This document shows positions 29,274 through 37,530 of a DNA stretch of 41,812 nt, piece by piece (position 1 is the first letter of the stretch; each line of letters begins with the position of its first letter). Made by a program: the position numbers and the translations under genes. A model generated the notes under the pieces. The model did no database searches. It had not been told where the DNA came from and saw only the letters and a program-made list of their open reading frames with translations. The DNA comes from a bacterium (GTDB lineage: Bacteria > JADJOY01), in contig JAXLQJ010000060.1 of the NCBI GenBank assembly GCA_046331705.1, positions 1-41,812 on the forward strand, written 5' to 3'.

Positions 29274-31687
29274 GTGGCCTCTCGCACGGGCAGCTCGATC
29301 ACGAAGCGCGCGCCGCCCTCGGCGCCGTCCTCCACCCACATTCGCCCGCCGTGCCCCTCGGTCACGATCAGGTAGCTGATCGAGAGCCCGAGCCCGGTCC
29401 CTTCGCCGATGTCCTTGGTCGTGTAGAAGGGCTCGAAGATGTGCTCGCGCGCGGCTGCGGGGATGCCGGGGCCGTTGTCCTCGACCTCGATCCGCACCTG
29501 CTCGTCGCCGCCGCGCGCACGACAGCGCAAGCGGGGCAGGAACGCCGGCTCGGCCTGACGCCGCGCGAACAGCGCCTGCGCCGCGTTGTTCACCAGGTTG
29601 AGCAGCACCTGCTCGATGCGCTGGGTGTTGCAGCGGATGCGCGGCACGTCGCCCGCGACATCGACGGCGACGTCGATGTCGCGGAAGTCGTGGCGCTTCT
29701 CGAGGTCGAAGGCGGCCCGCGCCAGGAGCAGCGTGTTCTCGATCAACGCCCGCGGATCGGCCTCGACGTGCTTCTCGCCCCGCGCCGAGAAGTCGCCGAG
29801 CGTCTTCACGATGCCGTCGGCGCGCAGCCCGCACTCGCGGATCACCGACACGTAGTGCGGGATCTTCTGGGAATCGAGGAAGCGCTCGAACCGCTCGATG
29901 GCCTCCACCTCGAGTCCCGCTTCCAGCATGCGGCTGCGCGCCAGCGGCGAGCTGGGGTGGAGCCGCCGCTCCAGGTTGTGCAGGTTCCAGAGGATGCCGG
30001 CGAGCGGATTCTTGATCTCGTGGGCCATGTTGGCGGCCAAGCGGCCGATCATCGCCATCTTCTCGGCGTGCACCATCATCCGTTCGATCTGCTCCTCCGA
30101 CGTCACGTCCTCGCTCGAGAGCACCACCCCGCCGGCCTCGCCGCTGGCGCCCAGCACGGGGAAGAGCGAGACGCGACGGATGCCGGTCTCGCCGCCGGCG
30201 AGCGCGTAGCTCTCGCGGGCGCCGCGGATCGGCTCGCCCTCGGCGAGCACCCGCGCGACGGCCTCGCGGTGCCGCGCCAGCTCGGGAACGCGCGCGAAGA
30301 GATCCGCGCCCACCATGTCGCGCCGGGACTGACCGGTCTGGCGCTCGGCGGCGTGGTTCCACTGCAGGACGCGGCCCTCTCGATCGATGACCATCACCGC
30401 TGCCGGGGTACTCTCGATCACGTTCTCGAGGGTGGTCTTGAGCCGGAGCGATTCCTCGAGCTGCGACGCGAGCTCGGCGCGGCTGCCACGCAGCGCGCGC
30501 ACCATCTCGTTGAAGGCGCGCGCCACGCGGCCGATCTCGTCGGCGGGCCCCTCCGCGACCTCGGCGCGCAGATCGCCTTCGCCGGCGCGGCTCATCGCCT
30601 CGGCGAGATCGCTGAGCGGACGCGTCGCCCAGCCCAGGCCCCACAAGCACGCGGCGCTCACCACCACCGTGAGCGCCGCCGTGAGCACGTAGATGTCGCC
30701 GGGAAAGAGCGAGCTCGCGAACCGCCCGCGGGAGGGAGGCGTGGCGAGGAGCAGGCTCCAGCCGAGCGCGCGAATGCGGCGCGGCTCGAGCGCGGGAACC
30801 GTGAGCGCCACCACCCGGCCGTCGACGTTCCCCGCGCGCACCGCCGAGCCCGCATGCGCCGGCGCGAGGCGCGCGGCGAGACGCCCCGCATCGCGAGCCA
30901 GCGCGCCGAGCAGCGCGCGCGCGGCGTCGGCGCCCAGATCGCCGCCGCGGGTCGACAGGAACGGCGTGCCGGAGGCGTCCGCCAGCATCACGCTCACCGG
31001 CGCGTCGCGGCGCGCGCGCTCGAGCTCGGCGGCGATCGCGTCGCGCCCGAGATCGAGAACCAGCACGCCGATCTCGCTGGCCCGTGCGTCGGGCTCGCCG
31101 GCGTCGACGACGGTCGCGTAGCGCACGGCGTCCGCGGTCGGCTCGGCGGGAGTCTCTCGTCCCAGCTCGCCGGCATCCGATGCGCTGAGCAGCCGCGCTC
31201 CGGTGGCGACCAACCCGCGGGCGTAATCCGTGCCTTCTCCGCACGGCGGCGAGGGAACGCACTTGAGCACCGACACCGACCAGGGTTCCGCCGCCGCCGC
31301 GCGCCGCGCCGTGAGATAGGCCACCGCCCGATAGTGCGGCGCCTTGGCGCGGAAATCCGCCAGGAAGCGCTGCAGATCGCCCGAGCGCTCCGTGGCCTCG
31401 GCCTCGAGGTGGCTGCGCTCCCAGAAGATGGCGTCGTGGAAATCCGCGGCGCGCGAGAGCGTCAGCAGATCGCGCGACGGATCGTCGAGCAGCTTCTCGA
31501 TGCCATCGAGCGTCTCCACCAGGATGAGCGACGCCTCGTTCTGGAAGCGCAGCGCCGACTCCCGGTCCGCGGTGCACTTGCTCATGAGCGCGAGACTCGA
31601 GAGCACCGCGGGAAAGATGCCCAGGTAGAGCTTCTGCCGCAGCGTGAGCGACGCGCGACCCGCGGCGCGGCCGGCGGTCGGGCTCAT
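29270..31687 (-). CDS. Membrane sensor histidine kinase (periplasmic Cache-like region, HAMP, PAS, HisKA, HATPase)
   Basis: ATG 31687; TM, about 300 aa extracytoplasmic region, TM; HAMP (TRPL..L...DEIGRVARAFNEM); PAS (IDREGRVLQWN); MAHEIKNPL, EDNGPGI, GTGLGLS. Confidence 0.92.
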   Translation of the reverse strand: MSPTAGRAAGRASLTLRQKLYLGIFPAVLSSLALMSKCTADRESALRFQNEASLILVETLDGIEKLLDDPSRDLLTLSRAADFHDAIFWERSHLEAEATERSGDLQRFLADFRAKAPHYRAVAYLTARRAAAAEPWSVSVLKCVPSPPCGEGTDYARGLVATGARLLSASDAGELGRETPAEPTADAVRYATVVDAGEPDARASEIGVLVLDLGRDAIAAELERARRDAPVSVMLADASGTPFLSTRGGDLGADAARALLGALARDAGRLAARLAPAHAGSAVRAGNVDGRVVALTVPALEPRRIRALGWSLLLATPPSRGRFASSLFPGDIYVLTAALTVVVSAACLWGLGWATRPLSDLAEAMSRAGEGDLRAEVAEGPADEIGRVARAFNEMVRALRGSRAELASQLEESLRLKTTLENVIESTPAAVMVIDREGRVLQWNHAAERQTGQSRRDMVGADLFARVPELARHREAVARVLAEGEPIRGARESYALAGGETGIRRVSLFPVLGASGEAGGVVLSSEDVTSEEQIERMMVHAEKMAMIGRLAANMAHEIKNPLAGILWNLHNLERRLHPSSPLARSRMLEAGLEVEAIERFERFLDSQKIPHYVSVIRECGLRADGIVKTLGDFSARGEKHVEADPRALIENTLLLARAAFDLEKRHDFRDIDVAVDVAGDVPRIRCNTQRIEQVLLNLVNNAAQALFARRQAEPAFLPRLRCRARGGDEQVRIEVEDNGPGIPAAAREHIFEPFYTTKDIGEGTGLGLSISYLIVTEGHGGRMWVEDGAEGGARFVIELPVREAT

Positions 31688-32637
31688 CGATAGCGCTCCT
31701 CGAGCGCTCGCACCCGTTCGTCGGGGATGCCGAGCTCGCGGGCGACCACCGGATCGATCACGACCTGCGGCTTCACCTCGATCGCCGGCAAGCGCGCGAG
31801 CGGCTCGCCAGCGAGGAAACGCGCCGCCAGCTCGCCGAGCGCGCGCCCGGTATCGACGGTGCGCAGGTTGAGCGCGACCAGCACCCCGTCCCGGACGATC
31901 TCGGCGCTGTGCACCATCAGCGCCACGTGCGAGCGCCGCGCCAGCGCGGCCAGCGCCGGCATGACCTGCCGGTTGATGAGCATCGAGTCGAGCGGCAGCC
32001 ACAGCGCTTCCACGTCCTCGAGATAGCGAGTGACGCGGCCGGTCACCTCCGCCCGCGACTCGACCCGGATGGGCTCGATCCTGAGGCCGAGCGTGGCGGC
32101 GGCATCCTCCGCCTCGCGCAACGCGGTGGCGCTGTTGGCTGCCGTGTAGGGCACGCCGATCGCCCGCAATCCCGGCACCAGCGCCTTGAGCTCGCGAAGC
32201 TGGACCGCGACCGGCACCGTCTGCGGTACGCCGCGGATCGTGGGGCCGCCAAGCTCGCGCGGATCGAGCACCATCGCGTAGAGGATGGGCGTGCCCTCGA
32301 AGCGTTGCTGGGCGAACTCCGAGGCTCGAATGCCGAGCGTCAGGATGAGCGCCGGGTTCGCCGCGCGTACGGACTCGACGAAGGCGGACTCGTCGTCGCC
32401 GTCGCCGGGCAGCACGCGTTCCTCGGGGCGAAAGCCGAGCCGCGCGGCGACGCCGTCGAGAACCTCGTCGTAGAGCGCGAGCGCGCCGCTCTTGAGCGCG
32501 AGCACGCGCGGATGCGGCGCGACCGAGTCGGCGGCGTGCGCAGACACGCCCACCGCGAGCAGCGCGCACGCCCACGCGAGGCCGGCGGCGAAGCGCCGCG
32601 CCGCGCGTGCGCGCTCAGTACCGCAGCGTGATCTCAC
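31684..32637 (-). CDS. Periplasmic ABC_sub_bind-like substrate-binding protein with no adjacent ABC permease
   Basis: Signal-like stretch ending AHA; LILTLG..A, PILYAMVLDP, QL..LK.LVPG...IGV.Y, ALWLPLD, IDPVVARELGI.I pattern. Start uncertain (GTG 32637). Confidence 0.8.
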   Translation of the reverse strand: MRSRCGTERARAARRFAAGLAWACALLAVGVSAHAADSVAPHPRVLALKSGALALYDEVLDGVAARLGFRPEERVLPGDGDDESAFVESVRAANPALILTLGIRASEFAQQRFEGTPILYAMVLDPRELGGPTIRGVPQTVPVAVQLRELKALVPGLRAIGVPYTAANSATALREAEDAAATLGLRIEPIRVESRAEVTGRVTRYLEDVEALWLPLDSMLINRQVMPALAALARRSHVALMVHSAEIVRDGVLVALNLRTVDTGRALGELAARFLAGEPLARLPAIEVKPQVVIDPVVARELGIPDERVRALEERYR

Positions 32638-34840
32638 CCGTGAAGATCCGGTTGCCGCGGCCCCAGGCAGGAAGCGGCTCGTCGAGGAGGTTCCAGCCCG
32701 CGATCGCCACGTCGAGCGCGCACGGGATCGCTTCCCACGCGAGCCGCGCGTTGAGCATCCGCGTCTCCGGCACGGTGGTGAAGTCGCGCAAGCCGGGCAC
32801 GAGATCGTCGAGGCGGATCTCGCGGCCCAGGAACGGGAACGCCGACGGCAACGTGTTGCGGACGTCGGAGGTGGCTTGGTAGAGGACGTTGAACGAGAAG
32901 CCACGCAGGAACGGCGCGGGAATCGCGCCCTTGCGGAAATCGAGCGTCAGCCCGACCGAGCCGCGATGACGACGGATCGTGTCGCCGAGCTCGGTGCCCG
33001 GGGCCCGGTTGGCCGCGTTCTGATCGTCGAACGGGTACGCGAGCCCGTAGGTCGCCGCGAGGCTCAACCAGTCGAGCGCGGCCCAGTCGAGCGCGTACTC
33101 GACGCCCACGACCGAGTAGCCGCCGTCGTAGGAGATGGGCAAGCCGAAGGTGAACGGGCTCGCGTCGCCGTCGTCGTCGAGGGTCGAGCCCGCGCCGGGC
33201 AGGTTCCGGACCCGCTCCCAGTACACCTCGGCGCTCGCCGAGAGCCGCGGACGGGGGAAACGCCCGCGCCAGCCGAGCTCGGCGGCCCACAGCTCGGGAG
33301 GCGGCGCATGGGGATCGCCGCGGACGCTCAGGCTCACCTCGCGCAACAGCGCGAGGTCGAACGGCGGTGTCGCGTTCGGTAGACCGAGCGGCGTGACCGG
33401 CAGCGCGCCGCCCAGCTCGTAGCTGGTGGGAAACGAGACGCCGCGCGCCACGCTGAGCCGGAAGCTCTGCTGCTCCTCGACGGGCTCCCACACGATGCTG
33501 CCGCTCGGCAGCAGCTCGAAACCTGCGGGGTGCAGGCCCTCGGCGCGCAAGCCACCGCGGATCGCGACGCTCTTGCCCAGCCGACACTCGTCCGAGAGGT
33601 AGCCTCCGACGGTGCGAATGGTCGGCTCCGCGGAGCGGGCCAGCACCTCGCCGCGACCCTCGGCCCAGCGGAACGAGGTCCCCACCAGCAGGTCCTGTGG
33701 GCAGCCGAGGTCGAGCTCGACCTCGTGACGCAGCTCGCTCGACAGGTTGTGCGAGCCGGTGAAGAGCCGGCCTTGCGGATCGACCGGATCGCGATCGGTG
33801 AGCGCCGCCTGATTCACGGCGCGGCCGGTGTATCCCTCCCACGACGCCTGCGCGGTGGTGGTGCCCGCGAACCAGTCGCGCTCGTGGCGAACCAGCACGC
33901 TGCCGTCGGTGATGTCGCGGCTCTCGATCGGCACGAACACGTAGCCGTCGTATTGCCCGGCGACGTAGCTCGCGATCGCCTCCCAGCGTCCGCCCGAGCC
34001 CCGATCCCACTCGGCACGCCACGAGCTCTTGAACAGATCCTCGCCGACGTCGTTGTGGTCGCCTTCGAGCTGCGCGACGAGCTTGCCTTCGGCGTTCTGG
34101 GTGTCGGGGCGCAGCTCGGCTTGGTACCCATAGCTCACCATGAGCTTGTTCGCGATCGGCCCCAGCTCGAAGCCCTGCACCGCGACACCGTCGCCGAGCG
34201 CCGTCGGTCCGCCGCCGCGCAGGTGCACGAGCGTGCCTTGCGCTCGCGACGGCGCACGCGTGGTGATGTCGATGAGCAGATTGAGGCCGCCCGATCCGTA
34301 GATGGCGGTATCCGGCCCGCGCACCACCTCGATGCGCTCGATGTCCTCGAGCGCCACCGGCATGGAGGCGAAGCTCGGCGTTCCGCCCAACGACTCGTCG
34401 CGCAGCGGGCGTCCATCGAGATAGACCTCGACGAAGGGCAGGAACGCGAGGATGCCGGTGCCAACGCCGCGCGCGTCGTCGATGTAGGTCTCGGCAAGGC
34501 TGCGCACCGTGAGCGTGAGCCCGGGGACGGTGCGGAAGAGCTCGCCGAGGTTGCGAGCTCCCGAAGCGGCGATGTCGTCGGCCGTGAGCACGGTCACGGC
34601 GGTGGGCGCGCGGAAGAGGCGCTCACGCCGGCGCGACGGCGCCCGCACGTAGTGGCGTTCCTCCTCGGACTTGAGCCAGCACTCGAGCTCGTCGAGGGGA
34701 TCGCTCGAGGTCCCGCACGCGAGCTCGTCGCTCGCGCTCTCGGGCGCCGGGCACGACTCGGAAGCGCGCGCCGAACCGCCGCACACGCAGCCGACGGTCA
34801 CTACCAGGAGCAGGGCGCTGGCCGCGGATCGTGGGCGCAC
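32615..34840 (-). CDS. TonB-dependent outer membrane receptor
   Basis: Signal peptide; plug motifs APTAVTVLTADDIAASGARNLGELFRTVPGL, YLDGRP, LEDIERIEVVRGP...YG; C-terminal NLLD...R.F.GEITLRY with terminal aromatic residue. Confidence 0.92.
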   Translation of the reverse strand: MRPRSAASALLLVVTVGCVCGGSARASESCPAPESASDELACGTSSDPLDELECWLKSEEERHYVRAPSRRRERLFRAPTAVTVLTADDIAASGARNLGELFRTVPGLTLTVRSLAETYIDDARGVGTGILAFLPFVEVYLDGRPLRDESLGGTPSFASMPVALEDIERIEVVRGPDTAIYGSGGLNLLIDITTRAPSRAQGTLVHLRGGGPTALGDGVAVQGFELGPIANKLMVSYGYQAELRPDTQNAEGKLVAQLEGDHNDVGEDLFKSSWRAEWDRGSGGRWEAIASYVAGQYDGYVFVPIESRDITDGSVLVRHERDWFAGTTTAQASWEGYTGRAVNQAALTDRDPVDPQGRLFTGSHNLSSELRHEVELDLGCPQDLLVGTSFRWAEGRGEVLARSAEPTIRTVGGYLSDECRLGKSVAIRGGLRAEGLHPAGFELLPSGSIVWEPVEEQQSFRLSVARGVSFPTSYELGGALPVTPLGLPNATPPFDLALLREVSLSVRGDPHAPPPELWAAELGWRGRFPRPRLSASAEVYWERVRNLPGAGSTLDDDGDASPFTFGLPISYDGGYSVVGVEYALDWAALDWLSLAATYGLAYPFDDQNAANRAPGTELGDTIRRHRGSVGLTLDFRKGAIPAPFLRGFSFNVLYQATSDVRNTLPSAFPFLGREIRLDDLVPGLRDFTTVPETRMLNARLAWEAIPCALDVAIAGWNLLDEPLPAWGRGNRIFTGEITLRY

Positions 34841-34879
34841 GGTGGGTCGCTCGCCTCGGAGGAACGCGGGAGGCGGCGG

Positions 34880-34907
34880 ATTATCTCACGGGCATTCGCG
34901 AAGTGAA
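34880..34907 (-). promoter_or_regulatory. Possible sigma70-type promoter for the TonB receptor gene
   Basis: Minus strand TTCACT-N16-GATAAT with an extended -10 TG, about 40 nt upstream of GTG 34840. Confidence 0.4.
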
Positions 34908-34939
34908 CCGGCGCGGGACGCGAGCGAGACGCGCGCGGA

Positions 34940-35344
34940 TCAGACCGGGCAAAGACCGTGGACGCGACTCAGGAAGGCGGCGACGTCGAACGGCTTGTGG
35001 AAGCACGCACCGACGCCCTCGCACGCCAGCACCTCGTCGGAGACGTGGGGCCGGGCGGTGATCAGCGCCACCGCGACGCCCTCGGTGGCGTGGCGCTGGC
35101 GCAGGATTCGAAGCAGCGACATGCCGTCCATGTCCGGCATCATGAGGTCGAGAAGCAAGAGGTCGAAGCAGGCGCCGTCCGCGGCCCGCAGCGCGTCGCG
35201 GGCCCCGTACACCTTGACGACGTCGTAGCCGTCGTCGATCAGGATCTCTTCCAGCGCATCGGCCACGGGGCGATCGTCGTCGACCAGCAGCACCCGGGGG
35301 CGGGCGCGCTGCTCGGCGCGAGCCGAGCGCTCGGGGGGCGCCAT
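34940..35344 (-). CDS. Single-domain response regulator (REC only)
   Basis: VLLVDDD, LLLLDLMMPDMDG, LITA, HKPF. Confidence 0.9.
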   Translation of the reverse strand: MAPPERSARAEQRARPRVLLVDDDRPVADALEEILIDDGYDVVKVYGARDALRAADGACFDLLLLDLMMPDMDGMSLLRILRQRHATEGVAVALITARPHVSDEVLACEGVGACFHKPFDVAAFLSRVHGLCPV

Positions 35345-35349
35345 CGAGG

Positions 35350-35709
35350 TCAGCGGGCGTGGTCCGCCCAGCCGGCGGAATCACGCCGCGAGGCCGCCGC
35401 GAGGAAGCCGTGGAGCGCTTCGTCGCGCACCTCGGCATCGGAATCGTCGAGGACGAGCGACAGCACGGGCACGGCCTCCTCGACGCGCTGGCTCAGGTCC
35501 GCCAGCGTCGCCACCGACCAGCGGCGCAGCTCGGGATCGCCGTGCTCGAGCGCGTCGCGCAGGAACGGGATGGCGTCGGGCCCCATCTCGGCGACGCGTC
35601 GGCGAGCATCCACGTCACCGCTCGCCGCGTTGCGAATGACTCGAGAGGCCTCGGCAACGCGAGGCCGGGCGCGATTCGTCCGATGGGTGAGCCAATCTGT
35701 CAGCTTCAC
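35350..35709 (-). CDS. Small HEAT-repeat protein
   Basis: GTG 35709 after AAGGGGGG; MGPDAIPFLRDALEHGDPELRRWSVATLADL and AVPVLSLVLDDSDAEVRDEA are two HEAT/PBS-lyase-like units; stop is 5 nt before the REC gene. Confidence 0.8.
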   Translation of the reverse strand: MKLTDWLTHRTNRARPRVAEASRVIRNAASGDVDARRRVAEMGPDAIPFLRDALEHGDPELRRWSVATLADLSQRVEEAVPVLSLVLDDSDAEVRDEALHGFLAAASRRDSAGWADHAR

Positions 35710-35763
35710 GACGATCCCCCCTTGGCGAGGATGCTCAGCCCTCGCTCGCCTGCAGGGATTCGA

Positions 35764-35780
35764 AGCAAGGGACGAGCCAA
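35764..35780 (-). promoter_or_regulatory. Sigma54 (-24/-12) promoter
   Basis: Minus strand TTGGCTCG-TCCC-TTGCT versus consensus YTGGCACG-N4-TTGCW: one mismatch, exact GG-N10-GC spacing, 54 nt upstream of the HEAT gene. Confidence 0.75.
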
Positions 35781-36092
35781 GCAGTAACCGCGGGTTCACC
35801 AGCGCTTTCTCGAATGAAATCAGGGTGTCGCTGGGTGTCGACAGTACACAGCCGTAGCGCCCGCCAACGAGCGTACGCACTTCTGCCCGGCTGCCTCCGA
35901 CAACTTGGCCAAGCATCGGCAAAACGAGCCGGTTCCTCGCCGGCGCGGACGAGGTCGCGCGCCCGCGTGAGACCGCGACCGCGAGGCTGCGCGGAGGCCC
36001 GTCCGAGCGCACCCGCGCGATCGGTCGCGAGCGAGCCGCAGACCTCGCCCGCGCGCTTCTGACGGGATTCTTGCGCGCGCTGCGGCGCGGCG

Positions 36093-36764
36093 TCAGGCGA
36101 GGTGCTTGCGCAGGAACTTGAGGGTGCGGTCCCACGCCTGCTTGGCGCAGACGGGATCGTGAACCTCGGGACGCGCTTCGTTCATGAAGGCGTGCTGCGC
36201 GTCGTAGCGGTGGATCTCGAACGTCACCGCCGCGTCGCGGAGCCCCTGCTCCAGCTCGTTCACCGCCCGCGGCGTGCACCAGCCGTCGTGATCGGCGAAA
36301 TGTCCCTGAAACGGCACGCGCACGCTGCGAGGATCCGCGGCTTCCTCGGGCGGGATCCCGTAGAAGCACACGGCCGCATCGCACTCCGGCACGTGGACCG
36401 CGGCGATGAGCGTGATCGCGCCGCCCATGCAAAAGCCGGCCACGGCCACCTTCCCGCCGCCGCGCGCGAGGTGCTTCACCGCGCCGCGGACGTCCTGCTG
36501 CGCGGCCTCCACGAAGTCGAGCGCGCCCATGAGCTTGGCCGCTTCCGCGGAGTCGCGCGTGACCTTGCCGCGATAGAGGTCGGGGGCGAGCGCCCGATAC
36601 CCCGCGGCGGCGAAGCGATCGGCCACCGCCTTGATCTGGTCTTGAAGCCCCCACCATTCCTGGACCACGACCACGCCCGGTGCGCCCTCGGCTCGCGCGG
36701 GCAACGCCAGGTAGCCCGTCGCTCGCGTTCCGTCCGGCCGCTGGAATTCGATCATCTCCCCCAT
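36093..36764 (-). CDS. Dienelactone hydrolase family protein
   Basis: VVVQEWWGL, ALAPDLYRG, GFCMGG (Cys nucleophile), FYG, HAFMNE, AWDRT..F; GGAG RBS. Confidence 0.95.
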   Translation of the reverse strand: MGEMIEFQRPDGTRATGYLALPARAEGAPGVVVVQEWWGLQDQIKAVADRFAAAGYRALAPDLYRGKVTRDSAEAAKLMGALDFVEAAQQDVRGAVKHLARGGGKVAVAGFCMGGAITLIAAVHVPECDAAVCFYGIPPEEAADPRSVRVPFQGHFADHDGWCTPRAVNELEQGLRDAAVTFEIHRYDAQHAFMNEARPEVHDPVCAKQAWDRTLKFLRKHLA

Positions 36765-36853
36765 CGCCCACTCCTCCGCGTCGCGAACCGTCGCGTTTTT
36801 TTTCGAGCATAGAGCGCGAGCGCCGCACCGAACAGCACGCTGTAACGGTGCGC

Positions 36854-36883
36854 TTGACAAATCTACTCACGAGTAGATAACGT
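36854..36883 (+). promoter_or_regulatory. Sigma70 promoter with a palindromic operator between -35 and -10
   Basis: TTGACA(36854-36859)-N18-TAACGT(36878-36883); inverted repeat ATCTACTC-AC-GAGTAGAT at 36861-36878. Confidence 0.75.
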
Positions 36884-36893
36884 GCTGCTCGTC

Positions 36894-37490
36894 ATGGGAC
36901 GACCCCGGCTCGCCGCCAACGACGTCGCCACCACCGAGCGCCTGCTGGAAGCGGCGCAAGCGGAGTTCGGGCGGATCGGGTTCGACGCGGCGCGGCTCGA
37001 GGACATCGCGCGCGCCGCGGGCATCAGCCGTCCGTCGCTGCTCTACCACTTCCGCTCGAAGGACGAGCTCTACGCGGCGGCGGTCAACGAGAGCTTCGCG
37101 CGGCTGGGCGCCGCGCTCACCGGCGCCATCGAGATGGAAGGCGACTTCCGCACACGCTTCGACGCCGTGGTCGAGCGATACCTCGCGTTCATCGACGGCA
37201 ATCCCGAGCTGGTGCGGCTGATCCTGCGCGAGCTGCTCGACGGTCGCGGCCCCGGCCACCAGGTGCTGCTCACCGCCGGCCTACCGATCCTGGATCGCAT
37301 CGAGCGTTTCGTGCGCGTCGACGGACGCGGGCTGGTGCGCAAGAAGCTGCCGCTGCGCGCGGCGCTGCTCGACATCGTGTCGGGCGCGGTGGTGCGCACG
37401 GCATCCGGCCCGCTGCGCGAGCCGCTGTGGGGCAAGACGGACCGCACGCTCGAGCTCGCGCACTCGCTGTTCTTCGAGAATCCCGCGTGA
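36894..37490 (+). CDS. TetR/AcrR family transcriptional regulator
   Basis: MGRPR...TTERLLEAA..EF...GFDAARLEDIARAAGISRPSLLYHFRSKDELY. Confidence 0.95.
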   Translation: MGRPRLAANDVATTERLLEAAQAEFGRIGFDAARLEDIARAAGISRPSLLYHFRSKDELYAAAVNESFARLGAALTGAIEMEGDFRTRFDAVVERYLAFIDGNPELVRLILRELLDGRGPGHQVLLTAGLPILDRIERFVRVDGRGLVRKKLPLRAALLDIVSGAVVRTASGPLREPLWGKTDRTLELAHSLFFENPA

Positions 37491-37530
37491 ACCACGCGTC
37501 GCGACGAACACCCCACCCCAAGGAGCCCAC

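Noticed and set aside
28893-32904. ORF-track N-terminal extensions implying giant fusion proteins (894, 1101, 514 and 406 aa)
   Set aside because: Recognisable domains begin at internal starts overlapping the upstream gene end (29273, 31687, 28896, about 32637); the extensions are off-frame readings of the upstream gene.
35720-35945. c-di-GMP (GEMM) riboswitch suggested by GGCAAAA near 35918
   Set aside because: It is on the opposite strand to the downstream genes and lacks the GAAA tetraloop stem and second stem; a sigma54 promoter explains the region better.
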